Both the position numbers and the translations under genes were made by a program. A stretch of 64,000 nucleotides of DNA from SAR86 cluster bacterium (lineage in GTDB: Bacteria; Pseudomonadota; Gammaproteobacteria; Magnimaribacterales; Magnimaribacteraceae), in contig JAKUUM010000006.1 in NCBI GenBank assembly GCA_022447065.1, positions 761 to 64,760 on the forward strand, read 5' to 3'. Below, piece after piece: positions 1-9,378 of the stretch. Every line of letters begins with the position of its first letter. Position 1 is the first letter of the stretch. The notes beneath the pieces were generated by a model, which searched no databases, was not told where the DNA came from, and saw only the letters and a list, made by a program, of their open reading frames with translations.

Positions 1-183
1 TCCAAGGATCGCCTGGTTATTATCATTGCTCATCGTTTATCAACCATTGCTAATGCTGACAAAATTATTTTTCTTGAAGATGGGGTTATTCTTGAACAGG
101 GTTCACCTGGGGAACTAATGCGTAATGAAGACAGTCATTATAGAAATTATGTTAGGTTGCAGACAGATTTGTCTGAAGACTAA
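1..183 (+). CDS. ABC transporter ATP-binding domain, C-terminal fragment (MsbA-like exporter); 5' end lies outside the window
   Basis: Frame 1 reads [40 protein letters not shown]...LSED, then TAA at 181-183. AHRLST is the ABC H-loop region. Confidence 0.7.
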   Translation, partial: SKDRLVIIIAHRLSTIANADKIIFLEDGVILEQGSPGELMRNEDSHYRNYVRLQTDLSED

Positions 184-236
184 CAAATTGATACAGCAAC
201 TTTGACTTTTGTAAATTAACTATTAATCTTTGATCT

Positions 237-1157
237 ATGGATTTTGGAGTTCAGGTTAATGTTTATCGAACCAGCTGGGAAGAAATAAGCGCTTCTGTAA
301 TGGCAATGGAAGCGGGTAATTGGGATAGTGTTTGGTTTGCTGATCATTACATTCCCCCCGGAGCAGACAGGGAACAAGAGGCCCTCACAGCTTTTGAAGG
401 GCTTTCAGCAATTGCGACTGTTGCAGGGATGACCAAAAAACTTCGTTTAGGCAACTTAGTCCTCGGCAATACTTATCGTAATCCTGCGCATGTGGCGAAA
501 ATTGCTGGGACTATTGATACCATGAGCGAAGGTCGTTTTACGCTGGCCATAGGGGCGGGATGGTATCAAAGAGAGCACGAAGCCTACGGTTGGGAATTCC
601 CATCAATGAAAACGCGTCAAGACAGATTCGAAGAAGCCTGTCAGTTAATTCGTGAGTTAATACACAGTAAAGAGCCTGTTGACTTCAAAGGAGAGCATTA
701 TCAAATCGTACAAGGTCAACTTTCGCCTGCTAGCTTTAAAGATCCTATTCCTATTATGGTGGGTGGAACCGGACCTAAAAGAACACTTAGAACCCTAGCA
801 CGTTATGGAGATGTTATGAACCTTGATGGATGGGCAGGTGGAGGAATGTCACTGGAGCACTATCAGAACAAATCATCTATCTTAGAAAAGCACTGTGAAG
901 ATTGGGGGCGTGATCCAAACGAAATCAGAAGAACTTTATTAATGCCCTGTTATCTCACCGACGATCAAAACTTAATTGATAGAGCAGTTAAAGGCTTAGG
1001 ACCTGGCACGGTGGCGGGATCAAAGGATTACATTATTGATCGGATTGGTGAATTTAAAGAGGCCGGCATTGCAGAGATTATGTTTGGGGGTATCCCGTCT
1101 GGAAACGTGAATTTGTTGGAGAAGTTTGATGCAGAAATTCTCAGTGCTTTTAACTAG
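237..1157 (+). CDS. Luciferase-like (LLM class) flavin/F420-dependent oxidoreductase
   Basis: 306-aa ORF. The N-terminal ...NWDSVWFADHY... segment and the overall layout resemble LLM-family oxidoreductases. Confidence 0.65.
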   Translation: MDFGVQVNVYRTSWEEISASVMAMEAGNWDSVWFADHYIPPGADREQEALTAFEGLSAIATVAGMTKKLRLGNLVLGNTYRNPAHVAKIAGTIDTMSEGRFTLAIGAGWYQREHEAYGWEFPSMKTRQDRFEEACQLIRELIHSKEPVDFKGEHYQIVQGQLSPASFKDPIPIMVGGTGPKRTLRTLARYGDVMNLDGWAGGGMSLEHYQNKSSILEKHCEDWGRDPNEIRRTLLMPCYLTDDQNLIDRAVKGLGPGTVAGSKDYIIDRIGEFKEAGIAEIMFGGIPSGNVNLLEKFDAEILSAFN

Positions 1158-1182
1158 TTCTAAACTAGTATTCTTTCAATTT

Positions 1183-2190
1183 TTAATCTAAGTCTAATCG
1201 AACTATACGGGTTCCTATATTCCCACCCGCGAGTAGATCAACAAATGCTGTTGGAGCTGCTTCTAATCCTTTGACTTCGTCAGTTAAAATTTTTAAATCT
1301 CCTAAATCCATCCAACTCATTATTTCTGAACGTGCACGCGCATACTCGCTTGCAAAGTCAAACACAAGAAAACCCTGCATTTGAAGACGTTTATTTATTA
1401 ACAACCCCGGGATCCCTTTGGGACCAGGTTCAGGTGAACTGGTATCGTATTGAGACACAACGCCACAGCAGGCAATACGACCACCCGTGTTCATTCGAAA
1501 TAAAGCCGAACCTAATATCATTCCGCCAGTATTATCAAAGTAGACATCGACCCCGTTTGGTGTTGACTCTTTCAGTGACTGACGAAAATTTGCTTCTTTG
1601 TAGTTTAAGGCACTATCAAATCCTAAATCTGATAGAAGCTTTTCACATTTAACATCAGTACCACAAATGCCCACAATATTACATCCCTTTATTTTAGCTA
1701 TTTGGCCTACCATATGTCCTACCGAACCTGCGGCGGCTGAAACCATTACCGTTTCCCCCTCCTTTGGCTGACCCACTTCCAATAATCCAAAATAAGCCGT
1801 TAATCCATTTATTCCAAGTGGTCCAAGGTAATGCAAAGGATCTCTTCCTTCTGGAATTACAGTTAATGCACCAGTTTTATGAACTGAATAAGATTGCCAA
1901 CCAGTTGGAGCCTGGACTTTCATGCCTACTGGAAAATTTGAATTGTCTCCAGCTATTACTTCGCCAACTCCTAGGCTATTCATGACAACCCCCGTTTGGG
2001 GAGCACCCGCATAACTAGCACTTCCTTGAAGTCCTGCTCTAGTACCTGCGGTAATAGCAAAAGCCATTGTTTTTACTAACACTTCACCCTCAGAAGCTTC
2101 TGGCATAGGTGATTCCACCAATTTATAGTTACTTTCTACCAACTTTCCTTCTGGCAGACTATCAATTAATACTTGTCTGTTTTCTGACAT
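1183..2190 (-). CDS. NADP-dependent oxidoreductase, medium-chain dehydrogenase/reductase family (YncB/CurA/enone-reductase-like)
   Basis: 335 aa with Rossmann motif AAAGSVGHMVGQIAK and an MDR layout without Zn-ligand cysteines. Confidence 0.7.
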   Translation of the reverse strand: MSENRQVLIDSLPEGKLVESNYKLVESPMPEASEGEVLVKTMAFAITAGTRAGLQGSASYAGAPQTGVVMNSLGVGEVIAGDNSNFPVGMKVQAPTGWQSYSVHKTGALTVIPEGRDPLHYLGPLGINGLTAYFGLLEVGQPKEGETVMVSAAAGSVGHMVGQIAKIKGCNIVGICGTDVKCEKLLSDLGFDSALNYKEANFRQSLKESTPNGVDVYFDNTGGMILGSALFRMNTGGRIACCGVVSQYDTSSPEPGPKGIPGLLINKRLQMQGFLVFDFASEYARARSEIMSWMDLGDLKILTDEVKGLEAAPTAFVDLLAGGNIGTRIVRLDLD

Positions 2191-2222
2191 CTTCTTTCCT
2201 TTTTTTAAAGATTTAGTTTTAT

Positions 2223-3683
2223 TTACGTTCCACAGAACGTTTGATGCACCACCTCATGTGGTTTCGGTGGTTTCATAAAATCACTGTACGAACTTTGTTC
2301 TTCATAAGGCCGATTTAATATTGCTAAGAGAGTTTTCATTTCTGAAAAGTCATTATTTTCGACGGCTGCTTCTATGGCTCTTTCTACGAGATGATTACGC
2401 GGAATAAAGACTGGATTTGAGCTTTCCATGGATAAAGCTATTTCTTTTTTACTTAGACTTTGATCTTTGATCAAATCCGTCCACTCTTTTAGCCAATTAG
2501 AAATTTGTTTATGTTCTAAGAACTGTTTCTTAAATAAAGTATTCCCTTTCCCTTTAATTATTTCACTTAAATAACGAAAGGTAAGGGTGTAGTCAGACTC
2601 ATTATCCAACATGATACTCAGTAATTTTTGTAATGTTTCTTGAGAGTTAGAGTTTGTTGACTTTAGACCTATTTTTTTACACATTACTGTCATCAGGGCG
2701 ACTTTCATTTTGTTTGGAAATTGATTTATAACTTCTTGTGCTTGTTCTTCTGCTTTATCTGAATCTTGGTCGATTAAAGGAGCAAGGCAGTTAGCAAAGC
2801 AAGCCATGTTCCAATGTGCTATTGAAGGTTGATTTCCAAATGCATATCTTCCATGAGCATCTATTGAACTAAAGACTGTGCTGGGATTGTAGCTGTCCAT
2901 AAATGCACAAGGGCCATAATCTATGGTCTCTCCTACGATAGAAGTGTTATCAGTATTCATGACCCCATGAATAAAACCAATTCCCATCCATTTTGCAATG
3001 AGTTCAATTTGTCTATCGCAAACGAGTTCCAGTAAAGAAAGATAGGAATTACGTGAATCTTTAAGAAGGGGGAAATGTCTCTTGATGGTGTACTCAGCAA
3101 GAGTTTTCAGGTTTTCAATCTTGTTTTGGGCTGCAAAATATTCAAAAGTCCCTACTCTAATATGGCTTTCAGCTATCCTTGTAAGGATCCCTCCAGGTAG
3201 GGCTGTTTCTCTATACACCTTCTCCCCTGTAGTAACTGCTGCCAATGAACGAGTTGAAGGAATACCTAAAGCATGCATAGCTTCACTGACTATATATTCT
3301 CGGATAACCGGCCCCAGCGGAGCCCTACCATCTCCTTGTCTCGAAAACTTTGTTTGTCCTGACCCTTTTAACTGAATATCATAATGTTTTTGTTCAGGGG
3401 TACTTATTTCCCCTAACAACACTGCTCTACCATCCCCTAATTGACTTACAAATTGTCCAAATTGGTGACCCGCATAGGCAAGGGCTATGGGGGAAGATCC
3501 TTTTGGAATGACATTCCCGGAGAATAATTCTGCAAGTTGTTTTCTAGTTTTGCTTTCATCAATTCCTAAAGTCTTTGCCAGATTATCATTAAATATTATT
3601 AGTTGGGGGTCTTGAACTGGAACGGGATTAATTCTTTCAAAGAATTCCTGAGGAAGACCATTGTAACTATTATCAAAAAGCAT
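2223..3683 (-). CDS. selO: Protein adenylyltransferase SelO (YdiU/UPF0061 family)
   Basis: 486 aa. Motifs GDGRAVLLGE, QLKGSGQTKFSR and GDGRAPLGPVIREY are characteristic of SelO/YdiU. Confidence 0.85.
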   Translation of the reverse strand: MLFDNSYNGLPQEFFERINPVPVQDPQLIIFNDNLAKTLGIDESKTRKQLAELFSGNVIPKGSSPIALAYAGHQFGQFVSQLGDGRAVLLGEISTPEQKHYDIQLKGSGQTKFSRQGDGRAPLGPVIREYIVSEAMHALGIPSTRSLAAVTTGEKVYRETALPGGILTRIAESHIRVGTFEYFAAQNKIENLKTLAEYTIKRHFPLLKDSRNSYLSLLELVCDRQIELIAKWMGIGFIHGVMNTDNTSIVGETIDYGPCAFMDSYNPSTVFSSIDAHGRYAFGNQPSIAHWNMACFANCLAPLIDQDSDKAEEQAQEVINQFPNKMKVALMTVMCKKIGLKSTNSNSQETLQKLLSIMLDNESDYTLTFRYLSEIIKGKGNTLFKKQFLEHKQISNWLKEWTDLIKDQSLSKKEIALSMESSNPVFIPRNHLVERAIEAAVENNDFSEMKTLLAILNRPYEEQSSYSDFMKPPKPHEVVHQTFCGT

Positions 3684-3690
3684 AGATTTA

Positions 3691-4845
3691 CTAGAAAGCT
3701 GATCCCATCAAATCTTCAAAATTTCTTCTGAAGAATTTATCTTGATCTGTTTCTGATAGTTCTTTGGTAGCTTTCTCAAATCTTGCCATTGGATTTCTTC
3801 CTCCTTCTACATGAGGATAATCAGAAGAAAACATAAAGATATCTGTACCTGCTTCATTGATAATCCAGTCAGTGGGTTCTGTTGGATAGGGAGTTACTCT
3901 GACTTGCCTTTCAATGTATTCACTAGGTTTTAATTCAAGTTTCTGCAATCTTTCTTCATGTCTCCCAAAGGCCTCAAAGGCAGAATCAAGTTGCCGCATA
4001 AATCCAGGAACCCAGACAGAACCAAGTTCTATAACTCCTATCTTCAATTTAGAAAAACGATCCAGTACTCCATCAAGAATAAGGAGCGAAAGTGCTTGCA
4101 TAGGCCCACTGGAGATAGCCATATAAGAAATTGAGCGGAAGTTTTCTTCACCGCCGTGGAAGTCCGTTACCGGAGGCATGCCATTATTTTTATGGGCTAG
4201 AGGTAAAACACGATCAGCTACCCCAACATGAAAAAGGATTGGAACTTCAGCTTCCTGAGCTTGAGCCCAAACTTTTTCTAGATCTACATGACTAGTTGAA
4301 TGATTTTTTGGACATGCCCAGGGAACCAATAAGGCCTTTGCACCAAATTCTAAAGCTTCATTTGCAGCTATAGGAGCCTTTTCTAGGTCAGCTAGAGGAA
4401 CATAACAAACTGGGAAGAGTCTTTCATCTTTATCACAAAAGGCAATTTGAGACCTATTTGTTGCACTAGCTATTTCGTATAAAAAGTCCATATCATCTCG
4501 ATGTTCTAGATCTTCAAGCCAAACATTTGGAGAAGTTGGAAAGACAAGTTGAGTTGCTACTCCCAGATAATCAATAGCTTCAGAGCGATCATGACCATCA
4601 AACGCTCCTAAAGCTTGGTAATTTTTTCGCAACATTATCTCTTTTTCATTCAATGTTCTGTATTCTTCTTGTTTATGGAGCTCAGCCATTGCTTCCAAAC
4701 TCTCTAAACTACCTACAAGAGACTTAGCAAAACGCTTCCTAAAAACCTTTTTTACTTTTTCAGTTCCGAATTCGTCATACCAATTAGGAAGTTCCATCGT
4801 ATGTGAATCGGCATCATGTACCACTCTGTTGTTTATATAAGGCAT
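3691..4845 (-). CDS. Amidohydrolase-2 family metal-dependent hydrolase/decarboxylase
   Basis: 384 aa. The C-terminal FSSDYPHVEG motif and the length are typical of the ACMSD-like amidohydrolase_2 family. Confidence 0.65.
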   Translation of the reverse strand: MPYINNRVVHDADSHTMELPNWYDEFGTEKVKKVFRKRFAKSLVGSLESLEAMAELHKQEEYRTLNEKEIMLRKNYQALGAFDGHDRSEAIDYLGVATQLVFPTSPNVWLEDLEHRDDMDFLYEIASATNRSQIAFCDKDERLFPVCYVPLADLEKAPIAANEALEFGAKALLVPWACPKNHSTSHVDLEKVWAQAQEAEVPILFHVGVADRVLPLAHKNNGMPPVTDFHGGEENFRSISYMAISSGPMQALSLLILDGVLDRFSKLKIGVIELGSVWVPGFMRQLDSAFEAFGRHEERLQKLELKPSEYIERQVRVTPYPTEPTDWIINEAGTDIFMFSSDYPHVEGGRNPMARFEKATKELSETDQDKFFRRNFEDLMGSAF

Positions 4846-4953
4846 TTTCTTTCCTTTGGAACTTTCCTAACTACTTGTTTAGTATATTAGAGGTTTTCTT
4901 AAGAAACCAATGATTTGGAGTAGTTTAGAAGTTTATAATTACCACCTTGCATT

Positions 4954-6066
4954 ATGAAGTACCTGCTTTCAGAAAAGTCTCTTCTAACTAATTTTAAAGG
5001 AAATTTAGGAGAGGATGATTACAGAGAACCTTTATCTTTTCTATTGGATTCTCTTAACCAAGAAGCCAAATTGAATCTAATAGGAAAATTTGCATTAAGG
5101 TACCAAATTTCCAACCATCTGAAGATCAGATCTAAAATATTTGAGTTTATAAATAACAAAGACTTAGAAAGGCCTGCCAAACCGGTTTTTGTTATTGGCC
5201 TTCCTAGATCTGGAACTACATATTTATTCAATTTATTAAGTTTAGATCAAAGCCACCGTAGCCCTTTGGTTTGGGAAATGTTTTTCCCTTTCCCATTAGT
5301 TCAGAAAGGTACAAGTCAACACAAATGGCGTATTAGAAAAACAAATTTATTAATGGCTTTCCAAAGACTAATAATGCCTGATTTAGACCCCGTGCACCCC
5401 ATTCAATCAACTGACCCGGAAGAAAGCCTTTTAGTAACTACTTTGAGTTTAAAAAGTATTCTTTACTCGTATATGGCTAGAGTTCCTAGTTATGAAGAAT
5501 ACTTAAAAAATACTGATCATACTTCTGCAATTCTCTGGCTTTCACGCTTTCTACAGGTTTTGGAGAGTTCTAACAGGCCTAAAAGATGGTTACTAAAAGA
5601 TCCTACTCATATTGGACATTTACCTGAAATATTGTCTATTTATCCTGAAGCATGTTTCATCCAAATTCATAGGGATCCTTTAGAAAGTATCCCTTCTATA
5701 TGTAGCCTTACAGAAAAGACTAGGTCTCCTTTTACAAAAAATCTGGATAAAAAAGAAATAGGAAAGAGAACTTTAGCTTATTGGGAAGATGCTTTAGCTA
5801 AAGGAGAGAAAGAAAGGAATAAGATTAATAAGAGTCAGTTTTTTGATGTGAAATTTGAAGAATTTATTAACCAGCCATTAGAGCAGATTAGATTAATTTA
5901 CTCTCACTTAGGTTTTAATCTTGAAGAAAAAACAGAGAGAAGCATGATCAATTATGTTGAAGAGTTTGAAGAAGAAGAAAAAATTAAACATTCATATGGG
6001 TTAAATGAATTTGGCTTGAGCGAAGAATCAGTTCAAAATGCTCTTTCTAAATACCTCAAATTTTAG
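4954..6066 (+). CDS. Sulfotransferase family protein (PAPS-dependent type)
   Basis: 370 aa with a 5'-phosphosulfate-binding-like loop GLPRSGTTYL and a downstream IHRDPLESIPS (3'-phosphate-binding-like) segment. Confidence 0.7.
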   Translation: MKYLLSEKSLLTNFKGNLGEDDYREPLSFLLDSLNQEAKLNLIGKFALRYQISNHLKIRSKIFEFINNKDLERPAKPVFVIGLPRSGTTYLFNLLSLDQSHRSPLVWEMFFPFPLVQKGTSQHKWRIRKTNLLMAFQRLIMPDLDPVHPIQSTDPEESLLVTTLSLKSILYSYMARVPSYEEYLKNTDHTSAILWLSRFLQVLESSNRPKRWLLKDPTHIGHLPEILSIYPEACFIQIHRDPLESIPSICSLTEKTRSPFTKNLDKKEIGKRTLAYWEDALAKGEKERNKINKSQFFDVKFEEFINQPLEQIRLIYSHLGFNLEEKTERSMINYVEEFEEEEKIKHSYGLNEFGLSEESVQNALSKYLKF

Positions 6067-6097
6067 TTATTAGTTAAATAGGACTTAAGAATTTAAG

Positions 6098-6508
6098 ATG
6101 AAAATATTAATAATGGGCCTACCTGGTAGCGGTAAAACTTACCTTGCTCAAAGACTTCAACCTCTCCTTGGTGCAGCCTGGTTCAATGCAGATAAAGTTA
6201 GAGAAATGGCATATGACTGGGATTTTAGTCCGGAAGGAAGAACCAGACAGAGCTTAAGAATGAAGGCTTTGGCAGATTTTGAATCTAAAAATAAGAGGGT
6301 AGTTATCTGTGACTTTATTTGTCCGACGGCAGAAACTAGGAAGTTGTTTGATCCTGATAAAGTTGTTTGGCTTGATACTATAGAAGAAGGGCGTTTTGAA
6401 GATACAAATGCTATGTTTGAAAAACCAAAAAAATTTGATTTTAGAGTTACAGAATGGAACGATAAAAATCATATCAATATAGCAGCTGAGATAAAGCAAG
6501 ATGTTTGA
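6098..6508 (+). CDS. Small P-loop kinase, adenylyl-sulfate (APS) kinase-like
   Basis: 136 aa with Walker A GLPGSGKT. By-eye colinearity with CysC blocks: LDGDNVR vs FNADKVR, DLGFS..DR..N.RR vs DWDFSPEGRTRQSLR, FISP....R vs FICPTAETR, FTGID..YE.P vs FEDTNAMFEKP. The RDPKGLYKKA lid segment is missing. Confidence 0.5.
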   Translation: MKILIMGLPGSGKTYLAQRLQPLLGAAWFNADKVREMAYDWDFSPEGRTRQSLRMKALADFESKNKRVVICDFICPTAETRKLFDPDKVVWLDTIEEGRFEDTNAMFEKPKKFDFRVTEWNDKNHINIAAEIKQDV

Positions 6509-6893
6509 TAGGAAGAAACCTACTGTTCAACTATTAGGCAGATGGCAACCTTGGCATGATGGTCATCAAGAATTGTTTAAAAGAGCTCTCCAAAAAACAG
6601 GTCAAGTCATCATTCAAGTAAGAGATGTTCAAGGAGTATCTGCAGGGATGGGTCACGATGATAACCCTTTCGATTGGGATCAAGTCTGTAACAACATCTC
6701 TGAGGGCTTAGCTAAAGATGGATACAAGAGAGGAATTGAGTACGAAATTATGTTAGTTCCTAACATCGTCAACATTACCTTTGGAAGAGGTGTTGGGTAC
6801 GTTTTTGAAGAGGAATCTTTCGAAGAAATTATTGAGGATATTAGTGCCACTAAAATAAGAAAGAAGATGAGAGAGAGCGGGGATCTCAAATAA
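6501..6893 (+). CDS. Cytidylyltransferase-superfamily nucleotidyltransferase, NadM/archaeal-NMNAT-like (short form)
   Basis: 130 aa. GRWQPWHDGH matches the GRFQPxHxGH (HxGH) motif and ISATKIR matches the ISGTxIR motif. Overlaps the upstream kinase gene by 8 nt. Confidence 0.55.
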   Translation: MFDRKKPTVQLLGRWQPWHDGHQELFKRALQKTGQVIIQVRDVQGVSAGMGHDDNPFDWDQVCNNISEGLAKDGYKRGIEYEIMLVPNIVNITFGRGVGYVFEEESFEEIIEDISATKIRKKMRESGDLK

Positions 6894-6903
6894 AATAATT
6901 TAA

Positions 6904-7860
6904 ATGAAGATTTGTATTAGCGAATTTACTTTTAATTCTTTCAAAGATACTTTCGATGAAGCCCTGAGTGAAGATGAAATCTTATTGCTTAACAGAGAGG
7001 GAAAATTGTCTCAAGGAACCGGTGTCCCAGAAGTTATTTTTGTTTCTTATGAGATTATGTTCAAAATGCTCAAAGACGACCTTTACAATAATAATTTCAT
7101 TAGATTAGTTGACGGATGTAAATTTATTCAAGCAAGTTGGGCCGGAATTGAAAGTAAAGCTGCGCAGGAATTGATAAAACGCTGTGGCCTCTACTCTCAT
7201 GGTGGGGGAATTCATGCGATTACGATAGCAACCTATGTTTTTGCTCAAATGCTTCGAAAAGTAAAAGATATTGATGCGCATATAGCTCTCCAGAAAAATA
7301 AAGAATGGAGGCAGATGACTTCTGTAGGGGAGTTAACCGATATGGTTCTTGGAATTGCAGGTTATGGAGGCATTGGTCAAGAGGTAGCAAGATTAGGAAA
7401 AGCTTTTCGAATGGAGATTTTGGCAACAAAGCGTACTCCAGTTTCATCCGATTATTTAGATAGGCTTTATAAACCTTCAGACCTAAATGAAATGCTGGGC
7501 CTTTGTGATTTTGTTGTTGATTGCTTGCCGGTAACCAATGAAACCTTAGGAACCTTTTCTTTAGATAAATTCAAAGTTATGAAACCATCTTCCATGTTTA
7601 TAAATGTGGGAAGAGGGGAAACAGTTATTGAAGAAGATCTTCATACAGCTTTACTATCTGGAGAAATTGAATGTGCTGCACTGGACGTAACAGACCCAGA
7701 GCCTTTAGATGAGAATTCACCTTTGTGGAATTTAGAAAATTGTTTTATAACTCCTCATGATTCTGCTTGGGGTCCAAGAGCACCTGACAGAGCTGTAGAA
7801 GTATTTTTGTCAAACCTAGAACGATATAAAAGAGGCGAGAAATTACATAATCTAGCCTAA
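6904..7860 (+). CDS. D-isomer-specific 2-hydroxyacid dehydrogenase, NAD-binding
   Basis: 318 aa with dinucleotide motif GIAGYGGIGQEVARLG, NVGRGE, and an acid/His catalytic region near ITPHDS. Confidence 0.75.
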   Translation: MKICISEFTFNSFKDTFDEALSEDEILLLNREGKLSQGTGVPEVIFVSYEIMFKMLKDDLYNNNFIRLVDGCKFIQASWAGIESKAAQELIKRCGLYSHGGGIHAITIATYVFAQMLRKVKDIDAHIALQKNKEWRQMTSVGELTDMVLGIAGYGGIGQEVARLGKAFRMEILATKRTPVSSDYLDRLYKPSDLNEMLGLCDFVVDCLPVTNETLGTFSLDKFKVMKPSSMFINVGRGETVIEEDLHTALLSGEIECAALDVTDPEPLDENSPLWNLENCFITPHDSAWGPRAPDRAVEVFLSNLERYKRGEKLHNLA

Positions 7861-7888
7861 AAAAAGGCCGCTTAGCGGCCTTTTTTTT
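7857..7888. terminator. Bidirectional rho-independent terminator between convergent genes
   Basis: An A-run, then stem GGCCGC (7866-7871), loop TTA, stem GCGGCC (7875-7880), then a T8 run (7881-7888). It lies between the stop at 7860 and the stop of the minus-strand gene at 7887-7889. Confidence 0.75.
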
Positions 7889-9314
7889 AACCTTCGTAAC
7901 CTACAACGGCTTTGGTTTCTAGAAACTCTTCAAAACCAAAAGGTCCCCATTCCCTGCCATTGCCTGACTGCTTGTAACCACCAAAAGGTGCTGTAAAGTC
8001 AGCTTGGGCACCGTTGATTGCGATGCTACCTGCTCTGATTCTATTTGCTATTTTCTTAGCATGTTCTGTTTCTCCAGATACGTAACCGTATAGACCGTAG
8101 TCGGTGTCATTGGCAATCCTTACCGCTTCTTCTTCGTCTTTATAAGGAAGAATTGCTAGCACTGGTCCAAAGATCTCTTCTCTTGCAATTGTCATATCAT
8201 TATTAACATTTGCAAATACTGTAGGTCTTACATAGTAACCCGCATTTAATCCGTCAGGTTTTCCAGGTCCTCCGGTAACAAGTTCAGCTCCTTCTGCTAT
8301 TCCTTTTTCAATCAAGCCTTGAATTTTGTTGAACTGGACTTCACTAACCACAGGTCCTATCGAAGTATCTTCACTAAAGGGGTCACCAACTTTAGTAGCT
8401 TCGGCAGCCTTTTTAGCTATTTCTTTTGCTTCATCGTGACGTCCTTCAGGGACTAGCATTCTAGTAGGTGCATTACAAGATTGTCCGCTATTTAAAAAAC
8501 AATGCCTAGTTCCACCTTCTATTGCAGATTGAAAATCTGCGTCATCTAGAATTATGTTAGCTGATTTTCCCCCTAGCTCTTGAGCGACTCTTTTAACTGT
8601 ATCAGCTGCTCCTTTAGCAACACGGATTCCAGCTCTAGTGGATCCAGTAAATGACATCATGTCTATCCCTGGATGGGAAGACATCGCTTCACCAACGGTA
8701 GGACCATCACCATTTACCAAATTGAAAACTCCAGCAGGAACTCCTGCAGCATCCATTACTTCAGCAAAAAGGATTGCATTTAACGGAGCTATTTCTGTAG
8801 GCTTTAATATCATCGTGCATCCTGCAGCTAAAGCTGGCGCAACTTTGCAGGAAATTTGATTTATTGGCCAGTTCCAAGGAGTGATCATACCAACTACTCC
8901 AATAGGTTCTTTTCTGATGACAGTTTTGCCATGAGTTTCTTCCCACTCATAGTTTTGAAGGATTTCTATTGCTTGAGCAAAATGTCCTAGACCCGTAGCT
9001 GCTTGTGCAGCTTTTGATAAAGACAAAGGCGCACCCATCTCCTTAGAAATAGTCTCTGCAACTTCATCATATCTAGATTGATAAATCTCAACAATTTTGC
9101 CTAGCAAAGCTAAACGTTCTTCCACTGAAGTTTGGCTGAAAGAATCAAATGCCTCTCGGGCTGCTGCAACAGCTTTATCAACATCTGCAGGACTCCCCAA
9201 GGCAATTTGCGCTATTACTTCTTCATTTGAAGGGTTGATGACATCAAAAGAATTCACTCCTTCTGCTGGATCCACCCATTCTCCATTTATATAAAACTGA
9301 TGATAAGTCTTCAT
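7887..9314 (-). CDS. NAD(P)-dependent aldehyde dehydrogenase
   Basis: 475 aa. ELGGKS (catalytic Glu motif) and FLNSGQSCNAPTR (catalytic Cys motif). Confidence 0.85.
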   Translation of the reverse strand: MKTYHQFYINGEWVDPAEGVNSFDVINPSNEEVIAQIALGSPADVDKAVAAAREAFDSFSQTSVEERLALLGKIVEIYQSRYDEVAETISKEMGAPLSLSKAAQAATGLGHFAQAIEILQNYEWEETHGKTVIRKEPIGVVGMITPWNWPINQISCKVAPALAAGCTMILKPTEIAPLNAILFAEVMDAAGVPAGVFNLVNGDGPTVGEAMSSHPGIDMMSFTGSTRAGIRVAKGAADTVKRVAQELGGKSANIILDDADFQSAIEGGTRHCFLNSGQSCNAPTRMLVPEGRHDEAKEIAKKAAEATKVGDPFSEDTSIGPVVSEVQFNKIQGLIEKGIAEGAELVTGGPGKPDGLNAGYYVRPTVFANVNNDMTIAREEIFGPVLAILPYKDEEEAVRIANDTDYGLYGYVSGETEHAKKIANRIRAGSIAINGAQADFTAPFGGYKQSGNGREWGPFGFEEFLETKAVVGYEG

Positions 9315-9378
9315 ATCTAATGCTCCTTAAAAAAAATTTTTTGGACAATAATTATAGCCATCTAAATATACTATGTCT

